DNA from: Candidatus Fermentithermobacillaceae bacterium UBA3951
Lineage (GTDB): Bacteria > Bacillota > Sulfobacillia > Fermentithermobacillales > Fermentithermobacillaceae
DNA length: 64,000 nucleotides
Reading direction: 5' to 3'
Assembly: GCA_002385465.1 (NCBI GenBank)
Contig: DGDN01000043.1
Coordinates: 2,927 to 66,926, forward strand
Under the pieces are notes generated by a model. The model ran no database searches. It worked only from the letters and a program-made list of their open reading frames with translations, and had not been told where the DNA came from. Shown here piece by piece: positions 28,116 through 37,903 of the stretch (its first letter is position 1; every line of letters begins with the position of its first letter). A program made the position numbers and the translations under genes.

Positions 28116-29454
28116 CCGGAAACGGAAAGGGAGCGGCGGAACGTACAAACTCAAAGAAGCCTCTCTCGCCCTCGGGCATATTTCAACAAATCAAGTGGCG
28201 GGGCTCCTTGGCTTCTTGCTCGGAGTGAAGTCCTTCCTCATCACCCCCACCTTTCTTACGCTGGAACTCTCAACGGGGGCGTGGCTCTCCGTACTCATCT
28301 CCGTCGCCCTCGCAGTCGTAGCGGCAATTGGCTGGCTTAAGTGGTCCTATCTCACACGTGGGCTCCCGTTCCTCCAGGCGCTTCAAGAGACGTTGGGAAA
28401 AGCCCTCGGGACTCTGCTTTGCGCCTCGATTACCGCATCTTTCGTGTTCGCGATTTCCCTGAGCATGCGGCTCTTCGCAGGTGGAGCTGCGATCGGCCTC
28501 CTGCCCGACGTCCCTATCGAAGTCCTCCTCATAGCCCTCATAGCATCCAGCGCTTACTCCGCATGGGCAGGGCTTGAAAGTTTGGCCCGGGCGACCACTT
28601 TCTTCTTTGCTCCTACCGTCATCTCTTTTGTGATCATTGTGGTGACCTCCCTCCGTGATCTGGACCTTAGAAATCTCTTGCCGTTTTGGGGACCCGGGCC
28701 GGCCGAAGTAGGTTTGGCCGGACTTAGGCTGATCGGCCTCTGGGGAATACTGCCTGCTTTCGGGGCCGTAAAGACCTATGTCCGCCGCGAGGAAGACCTA
28801 GAGAAGGGTGTCTTGACAGGGCTCTTGGCTGCCGGCGCCACACTTACGGCGACCGTTGTGGCAACACTCCTGTTCTTTCCGTATCCCTCCGGGACACGCC
28901 TCACCCACCCTCTGGGAATTCTCGCAAGGTCCATATATCTCGGCAGGTACTTTCAGCGTCTTGAGGCGGTATTTGTGTTTACCTGGTTTTTTCCTTCCGC
29001 GATTCAGGCCGGCTTTACCTACTTCGTTATACTTGTGTTTCTTGCCCAGATGTCGGGCGTGAATACATATCGCATGTTCTTGCCGGCTCTTTCCGCCCTG
29101 ACGTTTGCTATAGGCGCGATGCCCGTAAGCCTCCACAAGACGGCGCAAGTTCTTACCACCTACTTCTTCGACACCGCAGGCATAGCCCTCATATCCCTCG
29201 GGTGGGTGCTGTACGGAGTGGCAAGACTAAGGGGGATAAAGCCTCCTCAGGCCAAAAATCCGGAAAAAGACCCGGCTCAAGATACGGAACAAGATACTGA
29301 CCCGGATACAGAGGGCGTGGGGATGCAGGCGTCAGAGTCGCCGGGACGTGGGCCTAAGGCTCAGGATAAAGAGGCGGGCCTAGGTAGCGCTCAAAAAGGC
29401 CGAGGGGGTGACTATCGTGCGCCTTCCGGAAACACGAATGCGACCTCGAACTAG
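28081..29454 (+). CDS. gerKB: Spore germination receptor B subunit (GerAB/spore permease family)
   Basis: About 10 TM segments in an APC-like spore permease pattern. The start is uncertain. The track ORF starts at 28006, and I use the ATG at 28081, which overlaps the gerKA 3' end. Confidence 0.75.
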   Translation: MGAGVAKRAGGDRKRKGSGGTYKLKEASLALGHISTNQVAGLLGFLLGVKSFLITPTFLTLELSTGAWLSVLISVALAVVAAIGWLKWSYLTRGLPFLQALQETLGKALGTLLCASITASFVFAISLSMRLFAGGAAIGLLPDVPIEVLLIALIASSAYSAWAGLESLARATTFFFAPTVISFVIIVVTSLRDLDLRNLLPFWGPGPAEVGLAGLRLIGLWGILPAFGAVKTYVRREEDLEKGVLTGLLAAGATLTATVVATLLFFPYPSGTRLTHPLGILARSIYLGRYFQRLEAVFVFTWFFPSAIQAGFTYFVILVFLAQMSGVNTYRMFLPALSALTFAIGAMPVSLHKTAQVLTTYFFDTAGIALISLGWVLYGVARLRGIKPPQAKNPEKDPAQDTEQDTDPDTEGVGMQASESPGRGPKAQDKEAGLGSAQKGRGGDYRAPSGNTNATSN

Positions 29455-30667
29455 CGTATACTTCGCGATCTTCGGCGCGCTTCTCCTACTTCTTCCCGGC
29501 TGCTGGGGAAGAAGGGAGGTTGAGGAAAGGTCCTTCATACACGTCATGGGCGTGGATAAGGGTAAGAGCGGGAGGGTCCATGTAACTGCCGCGATCGCCG
29601 TTCCAAGGTCGCTCCAGCGGGGGCCGGAAAGTGGTTCAGAGGGTGGCAAGACATCCGTCATCCTAGACGGTGAGGGCTATGACATCGTGGACGCACTAAA
29701 CAAACTTGAGGCGGTGAGCTCGAGGGAATTCACGGGGCAGCACATAAGCTGCCTGGTGTTGGGAGAGGGCTTGGCCAAGGACGATATATCGCCCGTCATC
29801 GACGTCTTCCACAGAGGACTGGAGTTCCGGCCCACTACGCTGGTAGCGGTCTCTAGGGGTGACGCCAGGGATTTCATCCGGGGCCTCAGGGCACCTGAGG
29901 AAATTGATATTGCCGACTATCTCACCAAAGTGATTGATACCGGGTATACCTCGCTGGGCTACTGTCCGGTGGTGACCATGCATGACTTCTCCGAGCGCTA
30001 TCAAACCGTCGAGGCTTCCCCTTGGGCACCCCTTCTGGACCTCGCCTCGCCAACAGGGGACAACGAAGAAATGAGTGAGCCACAAGAAGGCTCGGGTGAT
30101 TCTGAGCTCATGCCCGCCGCCATTGTAGGGACGGCCTTATTTGCCCCTACCGACGGAAGGTACCGCATGGTCGGGCACCTCACGGCGGAGGAGACCAGGG
30201 CAGCCCTGGTCTTGTGGGGCCGCTCGCGGTCGTGGTTTCTTGACATAAAGAGCCCGGGCGACGAGGGGCTTCTCAGCGTTGCGGTGAAGCACGCCTCCGT
30301 AAGGACAAAAGTAAACCGTCAAGGTGACAAGGTAGATGTCCAGTTCATCATCCGTCTGAGCGGGTCCATCGAGGAGTATCTGGTAGACCCAAAGGCACCT
30401 CCAACTACGGATAGAAGCCGTGTTGCCATGGCCGAGACGGCGGCCCAAAGGGTACAAGAGCTTTGTCAGACGTCCTTCTACAAGATGATGAAACTCGGAT
30501 GTGATGCCATCGCCCTTGGGCGGTCTGTCCACGGAACGTTCAGGACCATGCCGGAGTGGGAAGCTTTCAACTGGCCCGCCAGACTGTCAGAAGTTAGTGC
30601 TACCTTCACCGTAAAATTCGACATCTACTCAACCGGATTTGCCTTCCACCGCCCTGTTCCCAGGTAG
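29438..30667 (+). CDS. gerKC: Spore germination receptor C subunit lipoprotein (GerAC family)
   Basis: Signal peptide plus lipobox (MRPRTSVYFAIFGALLLLLPGCWG) and a GerAC-type fold, overlapping the gerKB end. Confidence 0.8.
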   Translation: MRPRTSVYFAIFGALLLLLPGCWGRREVEERSFIHVMGVDKGKSGRVHVTAAIAVPRSLQRGPESGSEGGKTSVILDGEGYDIVDALNKLEAVSSREFTGQHISCLVLGEGLAKDDISPVIDVFHRGLEFRPTTLVAVSRGDARDFIRGLRAPEEIDIADYLTKVIDTGYTSLGYCPVVTMHDFSERYQTVEASPWAPLLDLASPTGDNEEMSEPQEGSGDSELMPAAIVGTALFAPTDGRYRMVGHLTAEETRAALVLWGRSRSWFLDIKSPGDEGLLSVAVKHASVRTKVNRQGDKVDVQFIIRLSGSIEEYLVDPKAPPTTDRSRVAMAETAAQRVQELCQTSFYKMMKLGCDAIALGRSVHGTFRTMPEWEAFNWPARLSEVSATFTVKFDIYSTGFAFHRPVPR

Positions 30668-30754
30668 CGTTGCCTTACCTGGGGGCTTCGCAGGAAACCG
30701 CCCTAATGATTCAGAAGAGAGAGATGAGAGGTCGATTCCTGCGGGGGCTACTTC

Positions 30755-31417
30755 ATGGCTAAGAACGAAACTCTTAAGAAGCAACTTGACCGGGCAAGGG
30801 AACTTTATGAATACGACGAAACCGAAAGGCGCATTCACCGCTTTATAGTGGGAGTCGATGAGGTGGGCAGGGGCCCCATGGCGGGCCCTGTCGTTGCGGC
30901 GGCAGTAATCCTCCCTCCCACGCCCAGGATAAACGGCATAGATGACAGCAAGAAGCTCACCCCTAAGAAACGCGAGCGCGTCTTTGACCTCATACTTGAT
31001 ACTTGCTTGGGTTTCGGCATCGGCATACGCTCCTCAAGGTTCGTAGATGAAAGAGGGATTGTTGAGGCCACCCATTCGGCCATGAGGATGGCCGTCTGGT
31101 CGCTGATCGCGCAAGGATTTCGACCAGACTTGGTGCTCGTTGACGGTTACAAGATCAGGGGTCTACCCTTTCCCCAGAAAGGCCTTGTAAGGGGAGACTC
31201 GATTTCGGCTTCCGTAGCCTCAGCGTCCATAATCGCAAAAGTGGTAAGGGACCGGGTCATGGACCGGTTTGAAACCCTCTACCCGGGGTACGGCTTCGAG
31301 AAGCACAAGGGGTACTGCACAGCCTCTCACAGGTCCGTCGTGAGCTCTCTCGGCCCGTGCCCCATTCACCGGAGGTCCTTCGCACCTGTCTCAGGCAAAG
31401 TCCACGACGCCCTTTAG
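30755..31417 (+). CDS. rnhB: Ribonuclease HII
   Basis: VGVDEVGRGPMAGPVVAAAVIL catalytic DEDD motif region. Confidence 0.9.
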   Translation: MAKNETLKKQLDRARELYEYDETERRIHRFIVGVDEVGRGPMAGPVVAAAVILPPTPRINGIDDSKKLTPKKRERVFDLILDTCLGFGIGIRSSRFVDERGIVEATHSAMRMAVWSLIAQGFRPDLVLVDGYKIRGLPFPQKGLVRGDSISASVASASIIAKVVRDRVMDRFETLYPGYGFEKHKGYCTASHRSVVSSLGPCPIHRRSFAPVSGKVHDAL

Positions 31418-31849
31418 GACCTCAAACCTCACAAGGCCCACAAAGGGCACTTGAACGACCTCTCCGCCCCCTCTCTCAGCGGTCCCCTCTTCGCACCCGG
31501 TTTCAGGGACGGGACGGGCCAAACAGACGTCTACCCTAACCACCCGCGGTTCCCTTCCCAATCGTTCCGCCAGGTAATGCCGGATAGCCCGCTTTATTCG
31601 AGACAATTTTCGCCGGTCCAAAGACTCTGCAGGAGACTCGACGGACCTCATTCCCCTATACCTTACCTCTACGAATACGAGAATGCCGCCGTCTTTCGCC
31701 ACTATGTCTATTTCGCCAACCCGTGAGGCGTAGTTTCGTTCCAAAATGCGGTAGCCCAGCGATGCAAGGTGCCTGGAAGCCGCTTCTTCCACCAAAGAAC
31801 CCACGGTCCTCTGCGGTACCTTTGACCTACGGGAGGTGGCCTTACTCAT
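31391..31849 (-). CDS. yraN: YraN-family (UPF0102) predicted endonuclease
   Basis: GEIDIVAKDGGILVFVEVRYR motif typical of UPF0102/YraN. It is convergent with rnhB and overlaps its 3' end. Confidence 0.75.
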   Translation of the reverse strand: MSKATSRRSKVPQRTVGSLVEEAASRHLASLGYRILERNYASRVGEIDIVAKDGGILVFVEVRYRGMRSVESPAESLDRRKLSRIKRAIRHYLAERLGREPRVVRVDVCLARPVPETGCEEGTAERGGGEVVQVPFVGLVRFEVLKGVVDFA

Positions 31850-33365
31850 GCTGCCCTACCGTTTGCCTGTATGATAGGGCTTCGGCTACATGTTCTTCCT
31901 CAACTCTCGGCGAGCACTCAAGGTCCGCTACGGACACCGCCACTTTCAACACCCGGTAATAGGCCCTTGTTGAGAGGTGCATTTTGTTCACGGCCTGAAA
32001 TGCCAGTTTTCTCGCCTTCCCGGAAAAGGTTACAAGGGTCGAAAGCTCTCTTGGGCCCATTTCGGCATTCGTGCGTATGCCGCTCGACTCAAACCGCTTC
32101 GCTTGCCTTTCTCGTGCGGCCAAAACCCGTTCCCTCAACCTCTCTGAAGGCTCCCCCTTTTCCCCAATGAGTTCCTCCACCGGCACTCTGGGCACAGATA
32201 TGGAGATATCCATGCGGTCCAGAAAGGGGCCGCTTATCCTTCCTACATAATTCCGCCGGGCGTGGGGCGTACAGGTACATTCTCGAAGGTCGTCTTCAAA
32301 ATACCCACAGGGGCAGTTGTTCATCGCGGCAACAAGCTGGAAACGACACGGAAACCTGTATGAGCCTCTTGACCGGGTTACAACGGCATAACCGTCCTCT
32401 AGGGGTTGCCTCAGCGCGTTCAACACTGAGGGTGAAAACTCGGGCATTTCGTCGAGAAACAAGACGCCGCGGTGGGCCAGGCTGATCTCCCCCGGCCTTG
32501 GGTGCGCCCCGCCCCCAATTAGGGCGGTAGCCGTCACCGTGTGGTGGGGTGCCCGGAATGGGCGGTGCCTTATGAGACCGCCCCCGGGAGGGAGGATCCC
32601 TGCGACACTGTGTATCCGCATGACCTCAAGGGCTTCTTCCCGGGTTAGGTCGGGTAGGATCCCTGGGAGTGAACGGGCCAGCATGCTCTTGCCCACGCCG
32701 GGCGACCCGGTGAGGAGTACATTATGGGAACCGCAAGCGGCCACAACTAAGGCCCTCTTGGCCACCGCCTGACCCCTGATTTCCGCTGTGTCCACGACCT
32801 TTTGAGTGACGTCCGGAGGGGCGCTTTGCGCCTCCGTAACTCGGGGGAGAGGCCCATGTCCTTTGAGAAAAGAAGCCACCTCGCCCAGAGACCTCGCCAC
32901 CAGCAGTTTCATGCCGTCCAGGAAGGACACCTCTCCTGAGTTCTCCCATGGTATGACGGCCCCCTTGATTCCTTCCTTGAGGCCCAACACCATTGGCAAG
33001 ACCCCTCTTACCGGTCTCAAGGTGCCGTCCAGTGCGAGCTCGCCAAGGAGTAGGTAGTCGGCATAATCCGAATGGAGGGGGAGCTGACCTCCGGCGCTCA
33101 AGATGCCGGCGGCAACCGCCAGGTCAATCTGTGACCCGTCTTTGTGCAAGTCGGCAGGAGCCAGGTTTACGGTTATCCTCCTTGCGGGCATCTCAAAACC
33201 CGAATTCTTGATGGCCGACCTAACCCTGTGGCGAGATTCTCTCACTGCCGCATCCGCGAGCCCGACTATCTCCAGCCCCGGCAACCCGCCGGACACATCG
33301 GTTTCCACCCTTACCGGGACACCGTCGATGCCAGCAATGGTCGCACTCCATAGGCGCGAGTACAA
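31842..33365 (-). CDS. comM: Mg-chelatase-like AAA+ ATPase YifB/ComM
   Basis: N-terminal ChlI/Lon-like domain, AAA+ Walker A GSPGVGKSMLA and a C-terminal ComM domain. Confidence 0.9.
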   Translation of the reverse strand: MYSRLWSATIAGIDGVPVRVETDVSGGLPGLEIVGLADAAVRESRHRVRSAIKNSGFEMPARRITVNLAPADLHKDGSQIDLAVAAGILSAGGQLPLHSDYADYLLLGELALDGTLRPVRGVLPMVLGLKEGIKGAVIPWENSGEVSFLDGMKLLVARSLGEVASFLKGHGPLPRVTEAQSAPPDVTQKVVDTAEIRGQAVAKRALVVAACGSHNVLLTGSPGVGKSMLARSLPGILPDLTREEALEVMRIHSVAGILPPGGGLIRHRPFRAPHHTVTATALIGGGAHPRPGEISLAHRGVLFLDEMPEFSPSVLNALRQPLEDGYAVVTRSRGSYRFPCRFQLVAAMNNCPCGYFEDDLRECTCTPHARRNYVGRISGPFLDRMDISISVPRVPVEELIGEKGEPSERLRERVLAARERQAKRFESSGIRTNAEMGPRELSTLVTFSGKARKLAFQAVNKMHLSTRAYYRVLKVAVSVADLECSPRVEEEHVAEALSYRQTVGQHE

Positions 33366-33621
33366 AAGATCACCCTCCAGTCACCGCTCTTCTTCGACAC
33401 GCTTATTCATAGATTACCATAAACTCCCAAGTTTTTCCATTCCAAGTGGCGAATTGAGATCCCTCCCGTCTCTCATTGGTGTTCTGATTGTGATGCTGTG
33501 ACTCATGGCCTGCTTGCGGGGGTCGCTATGCGGCGCCGCCATCGCCCTTCACGCTGTCAGAACGTTGCTCTCTGAGATGTTGGGTGCTAGAATGTTTGGA
33601 GTACAGAAATATCAGCTGTTC

Positions 33622-35112
33622 ATGGGAATGGAGAACGGAGCAGTGTTTCAAGACATAGACATAGAGGAAAGACCCGATAGCAAGTTGTCTCCTGAAGCCG
33701 GCGGCGGGGGCGCTTCCTCCGCGGCGGCGGTTTCGGAACCCAATCTTGCCGGCAGGGCAGCTGCCCGCGAGCCCATTGAACCCCTAGGCGAACTGAGAAA
33801 GAAAATCTTCAACCTTGCCCTCCCGTCACTCACCGAGATGACGCTCATGACCCTTGTCTCCATGGTAGACATGATGCAGGTGGGTAGGCTCGGACCTTGG
33901 GCCATTACCGCAGTCGGGCTCTCCAACCAGCCTATGTTCATCGCCATGTCGGTCTTCATGTCGCTCAACGTAGGGGCAACTGCAGTTGTTGCGCGGTCTG
34001 TTGGGGCCAAGAAGACGGAAGACGCTTATGCCGCCGCAAGGCAAGCTCTCGTCATGGCCTCGCTCTTCGGAGTTCTGCTGGCGGTATTGGGAATGGTCTT
34101 CGCCCCTTCCCTGCTCCGGATGATGGGGGCCCAGGCAGATGTAATGGAGCCGGGGACCGCATACTTGCGGATCGTCGCTGCCGGGTTGGTCTTCCAAGGG
34201 GCCGCCGTCAGCCTGAACGCTTCGCTGAGAGGCGCGGGCGATACAAAGACTCCGATGTCGGTAAACATAGTGGCTAACCTTGTCAACGTCGTTGGCAATT
34301 TCCTTCTGATTAATGGGCATTTCGGTTTCCCCAGGCTGGAGGTGGCCGGGGCGGCCTATGCGACCTCGTTTGCGCGATTGGTAGCGCTTGTACTCATCCT
34401 GCGAAAGGTCTTTGGCCACAAAGGTGCAATAAAGATGTCGCTACACGATTCGTTCCGGCCTGACATTGAGATTTTGAAGAGGATCTTTCGTGTCGGCATC
34501 CCCGCTGCCATGGAACAGGTGGTCATGCGGTCAGGGCAGATGGTGTATGCCCGCATAGTATCAAGTCTTGGCACGGTGACCTACGCTGCACACCAGGTCG
34601 CCCTCAATATCGAAGGCCTATCCTTCACGCCGCCGATGTCATTCCAGACCGCTTCTACGACCTTGGTGGGTCAGAGCCTCGGGGCGAGAAACCCTGACCG
34701 GGCCGTGCGTGCGGCGCGAGAATCTCAGAAAATGGCCCTCATAGGAGCAGGCGCAGCCGGTTTCGTGCTTTTCTTCTGCGGGCGGTACATTGCCTATGCG
34801 TACACCGAGGACCCCGTGGTGATCTCGCTTACGGCCAACGTCCTAAGGCTTATTGCCTTCGTCCAGCCTTTTCTTGCCAGCACCTTCGTACTTGCAGGAG
34901 CTCTAAGAGGGGCCGGCGACACGAGGTGGACCATGTACATCACCATGGCCGGAGTGTGGGGCGTGCGCGTCATGACGGCCTATATCCTTGTGTTCAAGGT
35001 AGGGCTCGGGCTCTACGGAGCGTGGATCGCCATGGGGCTCGATATGATAATAAGGGCCATCCTTATAGACCTCAGGTTCAGAGCAGGACACTGGACCAAA
35101 CTGAAGGTGTAG
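33622..35112 (+). CDS. MATE-family multidrug/Na+ efflux transporter
   Basis: 12-TM MatE repeats (LALPSLTEMTLMTLVSMVDMMQVGRLG...). The track ORF starts at 33505. A later start is more likely but unresolved, as the N-extension is Gly/Ala low-complexity. Confidence 0.8.
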   Translation: MGMENGAVFQDIDIEERPDSKLSPEAGGGGASSAAAVSEPNLAGRAAAREPIEPLGELRKKIFNLALPSLTEMTLMTLVSMVDMMQVGRLGPWAITAVGLSNQPMFIAMSVFMSLNVGATAVVARSVGAKKTEDAYAAARQALVMASLFGVLLAVLGMVFAPSLLRMMGAQADVMEPGTAYLRIVAAGLVFQGAAVSLNASLRGAGDTKTPMSVNIVANLVNVVGNFLLINGHFGFPRLEVAGAAYATSFARLVALVLILRKVFGHKGAIKMSLHDSFRPDIEILKRIFRVGIPAAMEQVVMRSGQMVYARIVSSLGTVTYAAHQVALNIEGLSFTPPMSFQTASTTLVGQSLGARNPDRAVRAARESQKMALIGAGAAGFVLFFCGRYIAYAYTEDPVVISLTANVLRLIAFVQPFLASTFVLAGALRGAGDTRWTMYITMAGVWGVRVMTAYILVFKVGLGLYGAWIAMGLDMIIRAILIDLRFRAGHWTKLKV

Positions 35113-35119
35113 TTTGGCC

Positions 35120-36364
35120 TCATGCGTCACGGATGGTCGGGGTCGAAAGGGCGGCCAGGGAGACCGTCCCTAAACCTCCGGCAAGCATGAGCAGCACCGC
35201 TGTGCTCCCTAGCGAGTCAAGCCATATTCCTACCAATGGCGTCGAGACCGGGGAAAGAAAGGTCGACACGGTGAACCTGAGCGCAAATACCCTGCCGCGG
35301 ACATCCTGTGGCGTGATCTCCTGGTAGATGGTGCTCATGGGCACCTGTATGAACGGGGTGCTCGCGCCAAACAAGGCAAAGGCGAGGAACACCTGCCAGA
35401 CATGCCGTGAAATGCCTATTACCCCAAATGAAACGGCCATGGCTGCAATCCCGGAGGCCATTGTACGCCCGAGGCGCGGCCACCTCCCGCGCGTAGCCAT
35501 GAAGTACGAGGCGACGGAAGAGGCTACGGCAGCGATGCTGAAGAGAAGTCCGAGCACATCCGAGTCTCTTCCAAGGACGTTGAGTACGTGGTACTGAAAG
35601 GCGAGCCCTGAGGGCATCGTGCAGAGGTTTACCATTACCGCCATGATGAGAAGGTGCATGGCCAGCGGAACTGCCTTGTAGAACTTGAAACCTTCCATGG
35701 CTTCGGCGAGCCCAGGGCGCCCTGCAACACGCCCGGCCCTGTCTTCGTGTAAGGGCTGCATGAGAGCCACGCATGACGCAGCCAGGGAGAAAGCCAGGGC
35801 CCCCGCTGCGAGTGTCCAAGTTCCCCCAAGCCTCGACAAAGCGAAGCCCCCTATTGCAGGGCCCAGGATCATAGCCGTGTTCTTTCCTAATGTGTGCACG
35901 GCATTGGCCGGCTGGATGGACTCCTTGGAGACCACCGTGGGGATAAGTGCATTGGTAGCGGGGTCGTAAAATGCCCGGACAATGCCGCTCAAGGTCATCC
36001 AGCCGTATACGTGGATGAGACCAAAGCGACCGCCGTACAGCGCGCACGCGGCTATGAGGCCGGCTACAGCCCTCGATATATCAGACACCACAAGGACCGT
36101 TTTCCTTTGGACTCTATCAAGGACAACTCCTGCGCCAGGCCCCAGGATAAGGGCGGGGATCATCTGGAGGAGAAGCCCTAGAGAAGCCTTTGTCGCCGAA
36201 CCCGTCCTTTGGAGGACGAGGATGGACAGGGCCATAGCCGTTATGTTGTCGGTCAAGGCGGAAAGCGTCTGCCCGCCCCAGAGTTTGGAGTACTCACGTC
36301 CCAGTGTGAAGGGGCGTAAGAGGGTGGCTCCAAGACTCATAATGCCGGTTGCCCGTTGGGACAC
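35120..36364 (-). CDS. MFS transporter (drug-efflux-like)
   Basis: 12-TM MFS signature (LDRVQRKTVLVVSD). The GTG start follows GGGGGGA. Confidence 0.8.
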   Translation of the reverse strand: MSQRATGIMSLGATLLRPFTLGREYSKLWGGQTLSALTDNITAMALSILVLQRTGSATKASLGLLLQMIPALILGPGAGVVLDRVQRKTVLVVSDISRAVAGLIAACALYGGRFGLIHVYGWMTLSGIVRAFYDPATNALIPTVVSKESIQPANAVHTLGKNTAMILGPAIGGFALSRLGGTWTLAAGALAFSLAASCVALMQPLHEDRAGRVAGRPGLAEAMEGFKFYKAVPLAMHLLIMAVMVNLCTMPSGLAFQYHVLNVLGRDSDVLGLLFSIAAVASSVASYFMATRGRWPRLGRTMASGIAAMAVSFGVIGISRHVWQVFLAFALFGASTPFIQVPMSTIYQEITPQDVRGRVFALRFTVSTFLSPVSTPLVGIWLDSLGSTAVLLMLAGGLGTVSLAALSTPTIRDA

Positions 36365-36494
36365 TCAGATCCCCCCAATAGGTCAGAAAAAGAAGAGGGT
36401 GGCAAGGGTAAATAATGCTATTCAACCCACTTCTCGTAAATCCTCTATTCCGAGCGTAGAGTACAAATGGTGCGTGCGGCCGAAAGGCTGCCGG

Positions 36495-36534
36495 AAAAAC
36501 CGCAGCGTGGCCATCCTGTGATGGATTGGCCACG
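36495..36534 (-). terminator. Probable intrinsic terminator downstream of trpS
   Basis: On the minus strand there is a CGTGGCCA/TGGCCACG 8-bp stem, then CTGCGG, then TTTTT, 55 nt after the trpS stop. Confidence 0.5.
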
Positions 36535-36588
36535 CCTTGAGAAAGAGGTCGCGAGGGGACTTCAGCCACTTGTGATTCTTACGGAAGG

Positions 36589-37599
36589 CTAGATCCTCAC
36601 TCCCTCGGGGTCGATGAAAAGCGAGAGGCCCATGGCTTCTTTGACGCGCCTGAGGACCGTGGAGGACACTTCATGAGCCCTCCTGGCTCCTTCCCGAAGC
36701 ACCTCTACATAAGACCCGTCGGCTACTATGGCATCGTGCCTCGCCTGTACGGGAGTCAGGGCCTCTACCACGACCTCGGCCAAATCCTTCTTGAATTCTG
36801 CGTAACCTTTTCCTTCGTAAGCCGCAACTACCTCGTCGATCGACCTACCCGAGCAATGGGAGAAGATCGTAATGAGGTTGGCCAGCGCGGGTTTCTCTTC
36901 CGGGTCATAAGCTACCTCCCGACCCGAATCGGTGACTGCCCTCCTGATCTTCTTAGCAATATCATCCTTGGAGTCTGCGAGCGAGATGTACCCTGAAGGG
37001 TTGGGATCCGACTTGGACATCTTCTTGTGCGGATCTTGTAGAGACATGATCCGCGCTCCGGTTTCCGCGATAAGCGGTTCCGGCACCTTGAGTACGCTTC
37101 CGAATCGGGAGTTGAACCGCTCGGCCAAGTCCCGACAAAGCTCTACATGCTGTTTCTGATCTTCGCCGACAGGCACGGCATCTGCGTCGTATAACAGGAT
37201 GTCGGCGGCCATGAGCGCAGGATAGGTGAACAACCCTCCCGATACGGACTCTTTTCCTTGAGACTTATCTTTGAACTGGGTCATTCTAGACAGCTCTCCA
37301 AACGTCGCCGTGCATTCCATGATCCACCCGAGCTGGGTATGAGCCGGGACGTCGGACTGGACGAAAAGCGTCATCTTCTCAGGATCCAATCCGGCTCCCA
37401 ACATGAAGGCGGCAGTGCGAGCGATCTGTGACCTGAGGCTTTCCGGCGGTTGGGGGACGGTAATGGCGTGATAGTCAACTACACAGTAGAAAGCCTCGAA
37501 CTCGTCTTGGATCTCCACAAACCGTTTGATCGCCCCTAGGTAATTGCCGAGCGTCAGTATGCCGCTGGGCTGAACGCCGGAAAAAACTCTTTTTCTCAT
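36589..37599 (-). CDS. trpS: Tryptophan--tRNA ligase
   Basis: Class I HIGH (TLGNYLGA) and KMSKS (KMSKS present) motifs. Confidence 0.95.
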   Translation of the reverse strand: MRKRVFSGVQPSGILTLGNYLGAIKRFVEIQDEFEAFYCVVDYHAITVPQPPESLRSQIARTAAFMLGAGLDPEKMTLFVQSDVPAHTQLGWIMECTATFGELSRMTQFKDKSQGKESVSGGLFTYPALMAADILLYDADAVPVGEDQKQHVELCRDLAERFNSRFGSVLKVPEPLIAETGARIMSLQDPHKKMSKSDPNPSGYISLADSKDDIAKKIRRAVTDSGREVAYDPEEKPALANLITIFSHCSGRSIDEVVAAYEGKGYAEFKKDLAEVVVEALTPVQARHDAIVADGSYVEVLREGARRAHEVSSTVLRRVKEAMGLSLFIDPEGVRI

Positions 37600-37639
37600 T
37601 AGCGCACCCCTGGAGGGACTCTTAAGATCCCCACCGGGG

Positions 37640-37896
37640 CTCCACCTCCTTCCAAACTAAAAAACCCGTCCTCTAAGGGACGGACTTCTACCGCGGTGCC
37701 ACCCAAATTCGCCAAAGCGGCGCACTTTGTTTCCGGAGCGCTGTCACGCCCGACGTCCGTGGTAACGGGGACGAGCCGGCTCTCGCAAGCTCCCGAGTCC
37801 ATTCGCGCGCCATCCGGTACCGGGCTTCCACCGACCCCGGCTCGCTTTGCCTTCCGAACGCGTTACTATTCTCGTTCATAGCCGCAATTATCGGGT
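37640..37896 (-). promoter_or_regulatory. T-box riboswitch leader (Trp specifier) controlling trpS
   Basis: The minus strand carries a near-consensus T-box AATTTGGGTGGCACCGCGG (plus coordinates 37691-37709). It is followed by the hairpin CCGTCC-cttaga-GGACGG plus TTTTTT (37657-37683). A candidate specifier loop GAAUGGA sits upstream in stem I. Confidence 0.8.
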
Positions 37897-37903
37897 TTTC
37901 AAG

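Noticed and set aside
35217-36047. 276-aa minus-strand ORF in an alternate frame of the MFS gene
   Set aside because: It shares a strand with the 12-TM MFS frame, which explains the region, and it is Arg/His-rich junk.
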